From Candidatus Melainabacteria bacterium 17Bon1m (lineage in GTDB: Bacteria > Cyanobacteriota > Vampirovibrionia > Obscuribacterales > Obscuribacteraceae): a DNA stretch of 64,000 bases. Both the position numbers and the translations under genes were made by a program. The notes below the pieces were generated by a model. The model had not been told where the DNA came from, did not search any database, and saw nothing but the letters and a program-made list of their open reading frames with translations. The DNA is taken from NCBI GenBank assembly GCA_032128875.1, contig JAVLKG010000011.1, positions 128,001-192,000 of the forward strand. Reading direction: 5' to 3'. Shown in pieces: positions 27,860-36,890 of this stretch (its first letter is position 1; each line of letters starts with the position of its first letter).

Positions 27860-29113
27860 CTATTTGTGCCCCATTCCTTCTTTTGCTTTGGCTTCATAAT
27901 CGATACCAAGAGCCTTTAGCCCCGGTACCTTCTGGCATTCCTTCGCTTCTGCAAGCGCGTCTTCGAAGCGACCGGCTTTAATGAAAGCGTCAGCCAGGCA
28001 GCTGTGAACGACCAAAAGGCTTTGATCTCCGGCCAGGGCTTGCTCGAAATTCTTTATTGCCTCTTCTGTTTCATTTCGATGCGACGCCAATTTTCCTTTG
28101 GCCAGAAGGCAGAGCGGACGTCTCTCACCCTTCTCGCCGATCTTTTTGAGGCACAGTTCAGACTCGTCCACGTTGCCCTGGTCGCTCAGGATCATCGATT
28201 TGACCGACAAAATATCTGCGTCATCGGGCGAAGCGCTGAGCAGAACGTCTACGGTGTTACGTGCTTCATCCAGGCTGTTAGAGAAAAGTTGTCCGAGCGC
28301 TTTGGCTTTGAGTGCCGACGTCGACTTCGGATATTTATCCAGTGCTTTATTCGCGGCTTGGACAGCCTCACTGTAGGCTCCGACGGACAGCACTTCGGTT
28401 GCTAGTTGGTCGAAAAATTCAGGCGGGTCGGCATCGGAGGCGAGCAAGCGGGTCACTTCGTTCTTTAGTGCGTCTGACCTGCCTGTCACTTGCAAGCTGT
28501 GCAAAGTGCGGAATTTCGCTTTTCTTGATTGCGGGTCTAGAATTGCAGCTTTTTCTCCGCACTGTTTGGCTTTGTCCATTTCGTTGAGGCGCCCATAAAG
28601 CTCGCTCAGGCTAGACCAAGCGTCGTAGGAAGTTGGATCGATTTCTGTAATCCGCACAAACTCGTCTTTGGCTGAGGATGTCTTATCCAGCGCCATCAAG
28701 GTCAGCGCATGTTGCATGTGAGCAGCAGTAGAGTTGGGGGAAATCTGGCAGGCAATTTTCGCTTCTGCTTCGGCTTCTGCTTTGGCATTTCCCAAGCGCA
28801 AAAGAATCGTCGAAAGAAGCAGGTGAAGCTGGGTATTGTGCATGCACTTTGGCGACCATGTGCGCAGAAGGTCGGCTGCTTCGGTGTTTTTCTGTCCTGC
28901 AAACAGTGTCGCCGCTTTTGCGACTGCGTCTCGGCACCCAGGTTCGTCTTTGCCATATGACGGTGCTGCTGGTTCGGCTTCAACCTCGACTTTCTTTTTG
29001 GCAAAAGCCGGCAGGCTGGATGAAACCAATGGCAGTGCGATGGATAAAACTATTGTGGCAACGGTCGCAGAAATCGGTGAATTCGCGTGCCAGCCGTGCT
29101 TTCCGTAATTCAT
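27860..29113 (-). CDS. Secreted TPR protein
   Basis: Signal peptide ending LPAFA followed by TPR-like helices; start uncertain (29113 or 29164). Confidence 0.8.
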   Translation of the reverse strand: MNYGKHGWHANSPISATVATIVLSIALPLVSSSLPAFAKKKVEVEAEPAAPSYGKDEPGCRDAVAKAATLFAGQKNTEAADLLRTWSPKCMHNTQLHLLLSTILLRLGNAKAEAEAEAKIACQISPNSTAAHMQHALTLMALDKTSSAKDEFVRITEIDPTSYDAWSSLSELYGRLNEMDKAKQCGEKAAILDPQSRKAKFRTLHSLQVTGRSDALKNEVTRLLASDADPPEFFDQLATEVLSVGAYSEAVQAANKALDKYPKSTSALKAKALGQLFSNSLDEARNTVDVLLSASPDDADILSVKSMILSDQGNVDESELCLKKIGEKGERRPLCLLAKGKLASHRNETEEAIKNFEQALAGDQSLLVVHSCLADAFIKAGRFEDALAEAKECQKVPGLKALGIDYEAKAKEGMGHK

Positions 29114-29215
29114 TGTTTTAGCAAATCCCCAATATGTACAGTCATTGAGCATAGCCCATTTCACTTCTGGGTGCCTTCATTTGCACGGGTTATCAACATG
29201 TCCTAAACTGAAGCA

Positions 29216-30388
29216 TTGGCAAAGCTGACCGAATCGACGATGGCAAATTTATTGGAAACTCGGCACCCTGCTTCGGGAAATCAAAAGCGAAATCTTTCAG
29301 GTTCGTCGAACTTGCTGCTAGTTTGTGCCTTTTGTTTGGCACTTGTTACCATGCAACCAGCGCTTGCAGACAAGGCTGACAGCAGCAGCGAAGACCTGCT
29401 TCAGAAAGCGGAAAAACTCTATCTCGAAAGAAAGATGGGTGAAGCCGCAAGTTATCTGAACACGGTCATTTCTGCCGACGCCAAGAACGGTCGTGCGCAT
29501 AATTTGCTCGGCAAGATTTATCATCGGCAAGGAAAAGTAGAACTCGCAATGGCCGAGTATCACAAAGCAATTGACAGTGATGCGCGCCTGGCAGATGCTC
29601 GTTATAACTTGGGTGTTGCACTTATTGACCAGGACAATTTCAGAGAGGCCGAGCGCTATCTTGATGATGCCGTCAGGCTTGACGGGCGCTCAGCTGAAGC
29701 TCACTACAATCTGGGACTTTGCGCCGACAATTTAGAGAAGTACGAAAAAGCGTTGGACGAGTTTCAAAAGGCAGTGAAGATTGATCCAGCGACTGCGGAA
29801 ATGCGTTATTGCCTCGGGCGCGCTTATTACAAGATGAAGATGTTCGACAAAGCCGTTGAGGAGTACAAAGCGGCGCTGAACATCAACCCGAAATATGTTG
29901 AAGCGCATAACAATCTTGGTGTCGCATATAGTGACCTGGGTAAGTATCCTGAGTCGATTGCTGAGTTTCAGATTGCTCTTAAAATAGAGCCTAATTATCC
30001 GGAAGCTCAGCGCAATCTTGGATACGCTCAAGCGCACACCAGTCTTGGTATCACTTATTTCAAGCAGGGGAATGCTCGAAAAGCGTTCGAAGAATACAGA
30101 AAGGCTATTAAGATAGATCCTGAGTTCGCCGATGCGCACTACAACCTCGGCATTTACTATCAACAGCAAGGGCAGATTACAACAGCGATTGGGCACTATC
30201 AGGCTGCAATCAAGTTCGACCCCAAAAATGCTCAGGCGCACAATAATTTGGGCGTCGCTTACTCGCGTTTGGGCAAACGCGATCTGGCTGAAGCAGAATA
30301 TCGCCAGGCTTTGAAACTGAAACCGGACTATCGCGAAGCAAATGAGAATCTGCAGTCGTTAAAACTCGGACCGGGCGCAAGAAGGTAG
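29216..30388 (+). CDS. Secreted TPR protein with highly canonical repeats
   Basis: Signal ending QPALA; many AH(Y/N)NLG...A..EY..A.KI.P repeats. Confidence 0.9.
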   Translation: MAKLTESTMANLLETRHPASGNQKRNLSGSSNLLLVCAFCLALVTMQPALADKADSSSEDLLQKAEKLYLERKMGEAASYLNTVISADAKNGRAHNLLGKIYHRQGKVELAMAEYHKAIDSDARLADARYNLGVALIDQDNFREAERYLDDAVRLDGRSAEAHYNLGLCADNLEKYEKALDEFQKAVKIDPATAEMRYCLGRAYYKMKMFDKAVEEYKAALNINPKYVEAHNNLGVAYSDLGKYPESIAEFQIALKIEPNYPEAQRNLGYAQAHTSLGITYFKQGNARKAFEEYRKAIKIDPEFADAHYNLGIYYQQQGQITTAIGHYQAAIKFDPKNAQAHNNLGVAYSRLGKRDLAEAEYRQALKLKPDYREANENLQSLKLGPGARR

Positions 30389-30595
30389 GCGCCCACGTCT
30401 ATTGTCGCAAAAAGGCAGCACGACTACCTGCCACCAAATGAGTGCACAGAGCCCCTCCAGTTGCGCGAGGGCCCTAGGCAACACTCGCGCATAGGGCGTG
30501 GCACTCGCTTCACCGGGCAGTGCGCAAAATCCTATATATGCATTATACATACAATCGTATGGGTGTCAAACAGAGTTAATGATGCAGGCGCGTTT

Positions 30596-32569
30596 TTATC
30601 TGTCTGTTTTTTTCTTCGCCGGCCTATCTGTTAGGTCTGCATCGTTGCCCTTTGCTTGATGAATTTCTACCGGGTAGCTGATTATCAATTTGCGCGGCTT
30701 CGTACCCTTTGGCGGATGCGCAACGGCGCAAAGCCAAGACCCGGTCGTGTTGCCGCGCCAGACGCACCGTCCGTTGGCATCTGCCGTCAGGTCATCGGTT
30801 ATCTCAACAGGCTTTTTTAGTGGAACCGGAAACTTGTTTTCGACAGGAGTGACACCACGATCGGTGCCTGCATAAAGAGTGACTTTTGAACCCGGGACAA
30901 CGTTGGCTATTTTTGCAACGACCTTTTCTTTTTTGAAGGCAGAGAGCACGTTTTCGGTAATCGGCACAATCCGTGATGGTAACTGCGGTCTTATTGAAGG
31001 GTGCGCTTCCAAATACTGTCTAAATGGAATTCCGACACGCTCGGGTGTGTTGACTATGTTCTTCGCATCCTTGAAGTCATAACCTTCACCGGATTGGAAT
31101 GTGTAGTTATTGATCGCGACTTTGTATTCGCTGCTCTCATCTACTGGACTGTAAGAGCCATCTTTGTCTTCAGCAAGAGCAAAAACAAGTCGCTCCCCGC
31201 GTTTTCTGGTTGGATCGTAGCCAATTTTGAGCCCATGCACATCCAGAAATCTGCCGCCTGCGGGGCCGGACACACTGTGCTCAATAGCGCCCAGCAGCGC
31301 TTTTCCTTTAATGGTTGCGAATGTGAGGCGATTGTCGAAAGGCAAAATTTCTTGAACTTTTTCAAGCGATATCGGGCCCTTTTCAATACGACCACGCATC
31401 CCACCTCTATTGTGTACGCTTATCGTTGTTCCATATGATTTGCCTGCTTCACAGAGCGCATCCGTGATTAGATCTCCCAGCGCGGAATCCCATGGATAGG
31501 ATGTCCAACGATTATCGAAGGCGTCTTCTGCTTGAGAAACTATTGTGCGGCGTAGCGGAAGAAGTGGTTCTACCTTCTTATCTATGTACGCCTTCATTGC
31601 AGGATCTTCCGGTATTTTGTCGGTGATATTGATGAGCCTGTATTTAGTGTCGGCCGCATCCATTCTGCCGTCTTTGTCAAAGGCTAGATCAAGCCGCCCA
31701 AGCGTTCGCCCGTAGCTTCCTGTCTGTACGATTATGGTTTTCGAGCTGTCATCGTGCTCTACAAAAATTGCTTTGTCTAGACGGGTGTGGCTGTGTCCAC
31801 CGATGATGACGTCAATTTCCGGAATCGCTTGAGATATTTGTTGGTCGAAGTCTGTACCGCAATGCGTCACAGCGACGATGTGATTGACGCCTTTGCTCTC
31901 TATTTCTTTGACTGTTTCTCTAACAGGAATCAGCCAGTCATCATTCACGTGCTTGACTTTTACGCCTCCCAGGGAGAGTGAAAGGCGCTCTAATTCCGGT
32001 GTCATCACGCCTAAAAAGCCTATTTTCTGCCCGGCGATTTCCTTTATCACGTAAGGCTTGATGACAGACTTGAGGTCTGGCTGTGCCTCTGCGTCGATAT
32101 TCGTGCAGAGGACGTCAAACTTAGCGTTTTTCAACTGTTTGCCGAGATTTTCCGCTCCATCATCAAACTCATGATTGCCAATGGTGTACATGTCGTAGCC
32201 GATCTGGTTGAGCAGAGAAACTTCGACCTCGCCGTGGTAATGAGTGAATAGTGGTGTGCCTTGGAACATATCTCCTGCGTCGATGACGACAGTGTTGGGA
32301 GTATTGCTCTTAATCGAGTGAATCAGGTGTCCCAGGCGCGCCAACCCGCCGACAACACGTCCCCTTTCGCAGAAGGGCTCAGCGTGCGAGTGAAGGTCAT
32401 TGGTGTGTAGTATGGTGAAATGTAAGGCTTCATCTGCCGCCCGTGTATCAGAAGTCAGGGCGGAAACGTGCGCAACGCCGAGGAGGCTCAACGCTATGAC
32501 CGCGAGCTTTAAGAATCGCCTGACCTTGAGATTGTTTGTTGGGGCTTTTTCTTTTTGCATGTTTGCCAT
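30596..32569 (-). CDS. Bifunctional metallophosphatase/5'-nucleotidase (UshA-like), secreted
   Basis: ILHTNDLHSH, DAGDMFQG, GNHEFD, GGHSH, NRGGMR, ILPFDN; signal peptide. Confidence 0.93.
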   Translation of the reverse strand: MANMQKEKAPTNNLKVRRFLKLAVIALSLLGVAHVSALTSDTRAADEALHFTILHTNDLHSHAEPFCERGRVVGGLARLGHLIHSIKSNTPNTVVIDAGDMFQGTPLFTHYHGEVEVSLLNQIGYDMYTIGNHEFDDGAENLGKQLKNAKFDVLCTNIDAEAQPDLKSVIKPYVIKEIAGQKIGFLGVMTPELERLSLSLGGVKVKHVNDDWLIPVRETVKEIESKGVNHIVAVTHCGTDFDQQISQAIPEIDVIIGGHSHTRLDKAIFVEHDDSSKTIIVQTGSYGRTLGRLDLAFDKDGRMDAADTKYRLINITDKIPEDPAMKAYIDKKVEPLLPLRRTIVSQAEDAFDNRWTSYPWDSALGDLITDALCEAGKSYGTTISVHNRGGMRGRIEKGPISLEKVQEILPFDNRLTFATIKGKALLGAIEHSVSGPAGGRFLDVHGLKIGYDPTRKRGERLVFALAEDKDGSYSPVDESSEYKVAINNYTFQSGEGYDFKDAKNIVNTPERVGIPFRQYLEAHPSIRPQLPSRIVPITENVLSAFKKEKVVAKIANVVPGSKVTLYAGTDRGVTPVENKFPVPLKKPVEITDDLTADANGRCVWRGNTTGSWLCAVAHPPKGTKPRKLIISYPVEIHQAKGNDADLTDRPAKKKTDR

Positions 32570-33179
32570 GACTTCCTTCGGTGCGCCTATTAATGTATAC
32601 GGTCAAGTGCCAGGAAAAGTTCGAAGTTTGGACGTAGAATTTGTGCCCGAACCAGGATGTCCGGTAGCAGTGACCAATGGACGCGCCGAGTTGGATCTAG
32701 ATCCGTTCGATGTGCCAATTGACGCTCGCATCTATATTGATTACAAGAATATTTCGCAAAGAGCAATCTCGGCTGTCAAGTTTCGGCTGCGTTTTACGGA
32801 CCCTGAAATGAAGGATCGCGGTACCTGGCATGCGCCGGACATGGAATTGCTGGCTCCGGGGGCCAGCGGAACGGAAAAATGGAAACATGAAAGAGTTGAT
32901 CCCCGGGCAACTTCTTTGAAAGTGCGAATTTTACAGGTGAAGTTTCAGGACAATTCTCATTGGGTGAGCGTCAAAATGGCCGAACTCGCACCTAATTCTG
33001 CTGGTGCCACCAGTGGAGGTGGCGACGGCCAGATGCATTCTGCGCAACAGTCGCGATCGAATTCGATAATTCCAGAACTTCCGCAGCAGCAATCTCCACC
33101 TGCAAACACTGGCCAACAGGGCGATGGCGGCGGGCAGGCTGCTCCGGCGAACCAGGATCCGTTCACCTTGGGGCGGTAG
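32496..33179 (+). CDS. Hypothetical secreted protein (beta-rich domain plus Q/G/P-rich tail)
   Basis: AGGAGG 9 nt upstream of ATG 32496; basic then hydrophobic N-terminus; overlaps the 5' end of the nucleotidase gene. Confidence 0.7.
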   Translation: MTASFKNRLTLRLFVGAFSFCMFAMTSFGAPINVYGQVPGKVRSLDVEFVPEPGCPVAVTNGRAELDLDPFDVPIDARIYIDYKNISQRAISAVKFRLRFTDPEMKDRGTWHAPDMELLAPGASGTEKWKHERVDPRATSLKVRILQVKFQDNSHWVSVKMAELAPNSAGATSGGGDGQMHSAQQSRSNSIIPELPQQQSPPANTGQQGDGGGQAAPANQDPFTLGR

Positions 33180-33368
33180 CGCCGGTGGTGCGTCCGATAT
33201 TTAAGTCTGAGCCGGACTTAATGAGCACGAATTAACAACTATACTGATTTTTCAAATAAATACAAGTCTTTTCGCATATCAGTTTGCGATGTATTGTATA
33301 TGCAACATGATGGCTCTTTGTCACCGCAGAGAGCCTTTACAAGAGAATATTTTTGAAAGAAGGGCGAA

Positions 33369-33788
33369 ATGACGGCGCTTTTGTCGCTTGCACCTGTAGC
33401 AGCCGCCTGCTACCTCTTAGCCACCCTGAAAGGGCATCTTGTGCTCCTTTTTTTCCTCGCTGCCAGTCTTGCCTGGTGCGTGTGGGCTGTTCTTAGAGAA
33501 AGAAGATGTGCACAGTTAGAAAGATTGGCTCGTATGGCGGAATACGACAGTATGATAGATGAACAGGCAACAGCCAATGTTGCTGCGACTCCACCAGTGG
33601 TGTCACATCCTCCCGCGCAGATCCCGGACTTTATAGTCAACTACAATTCAGCAGGCAGATCACCGCGCAGAAGTATGGCTCACGCTAGAGTTGCTGAAGT
33701 GCCGTCACCGGCGGTGCAAGATAATTGGCGCCACACCTCAGGTGTCGATACTGTGCGTGCGTTTCCAATGCACAAGCTTACTCGTTAA
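33369..33788 (+). CDS. Hypothetical membrane-anchored protein
   Basis: GAAGGG RBS, hydrophobic N-terminal 45 aa, followed by a terminator. Confidence 0.65.
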   Translation: MTALLSLAPVAAACYLLATLKGHLVLLFFLAASLAWCVWAVLRERRCAQLERLARMAEYDSMIDEQATANVAATPPVVSHPPAQIPDFIVNYNSAGRSPRRSMAHARVAEVPSPAVQDNWRHTSGVDTVRAFPMHKLTR

Positions 33789-33813
33789 TCTGAAATACTG
33801 ACAGCTAAGTTCT

Positions 33814-33845
33814 AAGCCTCAAGTGCATCTACACTTGGGGCTTTT
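33814..33845 (+). terminator. Intrinsic terminator
   Basis: AAGCCTCAAGTG/CACTTGGGGCTT stem (with G-U pairs) plus a T run. Confidence 0.7.
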
Positions 33846-34122
33846 ACTTTGGTTTCCTTTGGGTAACCCGTGTGCCTGTTAAGGGGAAAACCATATAAGG
33901 AAAACCTTGAAAATTGATGGCTTTGCAGTTTTTTATAAAGAAAGGCGGTTTTCCAGAGAATCCTTCGGGGTTTCCCTATAAAGGTGATACAGGTTTCGAT
34001 GGCATAAGTAAACTAAGGCATTCGGGGAATCCTGTATTCCCACTGGGGTCGAAATCATAGGTAATCCCTTGGAGCGAGCAACCCTAAGAGGTTTGTGGTT
34101 CTAGCCAGAGCCATTTCTTCAC

Positions 34123-34902
34123 ATGTTCTCAATAGAAACATTCAGTTTGCAAGATATGACCGAACTCAGCGCCGAGATTCGCGAGTTGGGCTCGGGTGCG
34201 CGCACTCAGGAAAGCGTCGCGGCTCGTATCGTCAAACATTTGTACGATGGATTCACTTTGAAGAAGAGTGGAGAGAAGGCCTTTGCTCTGGCTCGCTTTT
34301 TTATCAGCATGCCATTCAGAGATCTCGAGCCTCCACTCAAGCGATTTGTCGAATCGAGGCGGGCGGCTAATGAAGATATTCGACCCGATACCCGCTGCTT
34401 GACTTTGCTTGCCTCGCATGGCGAAAAGACTGAATGGTGCGACCGCACTAAGTCATTGGATCATCGTGCCATTCCTATCGACAGCCCAGACCTGGCTACA
34501 GAATTGCCTATGGTTGCTTTACTCTGTAAACAGTTTGGTATCGAGTCTCATTCGGTAGCTGATGTTGTCCTCTCCAATCAGGAGCGGCAACCACAGTCTC
34601 TTGCCACTACTGATAGTGACGTCGTTATGGATCAGGATCAGGCGACGTTCAACGTCTTTTTCGTGCAAGAAGCTTTGGAATCGCCGTACATCTATGCGCA
34701 GGAAGATTTCGTCAAACCTTATGGAATACGCTCTGTGCTTGGTTATGGTGGTATTTTATCTGCCGGTCAAATTTTTGCAGTGATCCTTTTTTCGCATGCA
34801 TCAATCAAGCGAGAAGTTGCCCAGCGATTCAAACCTCTCGCTCTCTCGACAAAGAACGCGCTCTTGCAGGTTCCGCAAGATAAAGTTTTCGACTTGCTCT
34901 AA
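34123..34902 (+). CDS. Conserved hypothetical protein (putative GAF-like sensory module)
   Basis: Motifs ALARFF, CLTLLA, HRAIP, FNVFFV..ALESPYI, SVLGYGGIL resemble an uncharacterised family I recall from cyanobacterial signalling loci; not verified by search. Confidence 0.7.
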   Translation: MFSIETFSLQDMTELSAEIRELGSGARTQESVAARIVKHLYDGFTLKKSGEKAFALARFFISMPFRDLEPPLKRFVESRRAANEDIRPDTRCLTLLASHGEKTEWCDRTKSLDHRAIPIDSPDLATELPMVALLCKQFGIESHSVADVVLSNQERQPQSLATTDSDVVMDQDQATFNVFFVQEALESPYIYAQEDFVKPYGIRSVLGYGGILSAGQIFAVILFSHASIKREVAQRFKPLALSTKNALLQVPQDKVFDLL

Positions 34903-34943
34903 CATATCGTTAGAAGACTAACTGGCAGTAATGTTTCAAGCTT

Positions 34944-36803
34944 CTACTTGCGACGTTTAATCAGCCTGCTCGCCACGCTCGACGGCTCTTCTAGTTTGAA
35001 CAAAACACAAATAATCAAATATGCAACGAGTCCCAGCCCGCAGGAAAGAGACAACGAAATGACTTGTCCGACAAAATTTTGCGGAATCAATTGAGTTGTC
35101 TGACCTGATACCAACCAGGCAATGGCACCGCAAGCGGCAGAAGCAATTAGCATTATTGCCGTTGGATAAACGAGTTTTGTTGTGCCCAACCGACCAATTT
35201 TCTTGCGTGCAAAAAATGTCAGAGCGAATAAGTTGAACACCGTCACCAGTGTCGTTGCAATTGCGATGCCGGCAATGCCTGTCTTCATTTGAGAGACAAA
35301 GAGCCAGTCTAGCGCTGTCTGGAGAATGATGGCGGCAATCGCGACAAGGAAAGGAGTTTTTGAATCCTGGTGTGCGTAAAAAACTCTTGTGATGAGGTCT
35401 CGTGCAAGATAGAAGAAAATGCCCGGCGCCAGAAAGAGCATAACGGTGGTGACCATTTCAGTCGAATGAGTCGTGAACTTTCCGCGCTCGAAAAGTAGCT
35501 TTATTATCGGCGTTGGTATTGCCATTAATAGAGCGGCAATCGGCAAGGCCAGAAACCAGAGTAAGCGCAAGGCTTTGGACAACTCGCTTTTCAAATCGTC
35601 AATTCGATTGGATGCAACCTGTTCTGTAAATCGCGGCAGAATTGGTACCAGCATTGCTGTTAGCAAGACTCCGAGCGGTAACTGAATCAAACGATTAGCA
35701 TTAACTATGGCTGTCCATCCGCCTTCCTGAATCGTCGAGGTAAAGTACAGGTGAACATACAAACTGATTTGACCGATTGATGTGCTGAAAGCAGCCGGTC
35801 CGAGCATCAACAAATACTCTTTCAAACCGGGATGAAGATCGGTGGAAAAACTCCATTTGAGCGGAGTTTTTAGCATGCCTGGAATTTGAACCAGCGCCTG
35901 CCCGATTGCACCGGCAAGTGTCGCCCACGCTAAACAAACAATGCCGGCGGAGTCACCAAAAAAGAAAACAGCGATGATGATCGCAAGGCTCGCTATCGCC
36001 GGAGAGAATGATGGCCAGAAGATTTTGTCGTAGACATTCAAGACGCCATATGAGAGCCCGACAAACCCTGAAATTGCTACAAGCGGCAACATGATCCGAA
36101 TTTGGCGGACTGTCTCGTCCCAGTATTCTTGCCGGTGTTCTACAGCTAGTGCGCTTGACGGCGCAATTATCTGAATAAGATCTGGGGCGAAGTAGTAGAT
36201 CAAAATCGAAGGGGCGATCAAGAAAAACATGGTGGCAAGAAAAATCTGCACCATCATGCGACCACTGTCCGGATCATTTTTCTTTGGGGTAAGAACGGCT
36301 ACTGATGAGGAATGAAAAGGTCCTCCCAGACCGCCGAACAAAATCAGAATATTGCCGGTAAATAAAGTTGCGTTATTGAAGGCATCGGATAAATAGTTGG
36401 TGCCGAAGGCCTGCAGGACCACAATGTCGCGAATTAGTCCGGCGCACTTAGACAGAACTGTAAGTATGGCGACGATGCCAAATGTTTTCCCTAAAGACTG
36501 CTTCTTTCCGCCTGATGCTGCTTCGCCCGAGCCAGATCCATCGGCTGTTCCCTTGTTTCCCCCGTATCCTGAACCAGACTCGCCAGAGCCTATATCTGCC
36601 CCTTGAGTGGTTTTACTTTGAGACTTTTCGTCCCCTTCTGACAGTTCTGCCAATTCATTTATTTCGCCGTCCGAAACGGCAAAGGGCTCGCTGGCAAGCG
36701 CCTGCAAAAGTGCTGCATCTTTTGCGTCCTTTGTATCTTCGCCTTCTGCTTCCGCTTCCTTCAGAATGGGAGCATCCGGGTTATATGGCTGATCTGCCGA
36801 CAC
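34944..36803 (-). CDS. murJ: Lipid II flippase MurJ with an acidic N-terminal extension
   Basis: SKCAGLIRD, FGGLGGPFHS, ANRLIQLPLG, LFERGKF, RVFYAHQDSKTP; GTG 36803 behind GAGGAG. Confidence 0.95.
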   Translation of the reverse strand: MSADQPYNPDAPILKEAEAEGEDTKDAKDAALLQALASEPFAVSDGEINELAELSEGDEKSQSKTTQGADIGSGESGSGYGGNKGTADGSGSGEAASGGKKQSLGKTFGIVAILTVLSKCAGLIRDIVVLQAFGTNYLSDAFNNATLFTGNILILFGGLGGPFHSSSVAVLTPKKNDPDSGRMMVQIFLATMFFLIAPSILIYYFAPDLIQIIAPSSALAVEHRQEYWDETVRQIRIMLPLVAISGFVGLSYGVLNVYDKIFWPSFSPAIASLAIIIAVFFFGDSAGIVCLAWATLAGAIGQALVQIPGMLKTPLKWSFSTDLHPGLKEYLLMLGPAAFSTSIGQISLYVHLYFTSTIQEGGWTAIVNANRLIQLPLGVLLTAMLVPILPRFTEQVASNRIDDLKSELSKALRLLWFLALPIAALLMAIPTPIIKLLFERGKFTTHSTEMVTTVMLFLAPGIFFYLARDLITRVFYAHQDSKTPFLVAIAAIILQTALDWLFVSQMKTGIAGIAIATTLVTVFNLFALTFFARKKIGRLGTTKLVYPTAIMLIASAACGAIAWLVSGQTTQLIPQNFVGQVISLSLSCGLGLVAYLIICVLFKLEEPSSVASRLIKRRK

Positions 36804-36890
36804 TTGGCGGCTCCTCACTGAATCAAGTCAATATTAGCGCTTTGGCGCAAGGCTTAGCGTAGGAAAAACCCGCAGTTTTGCATATTCTGT

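Noticed and set aside
30390..30595. Possible structured RNA between the convergent TPR and nucleotidase genes
   Set aside because: Only short imperfect stems; no recognisable family or repeat.
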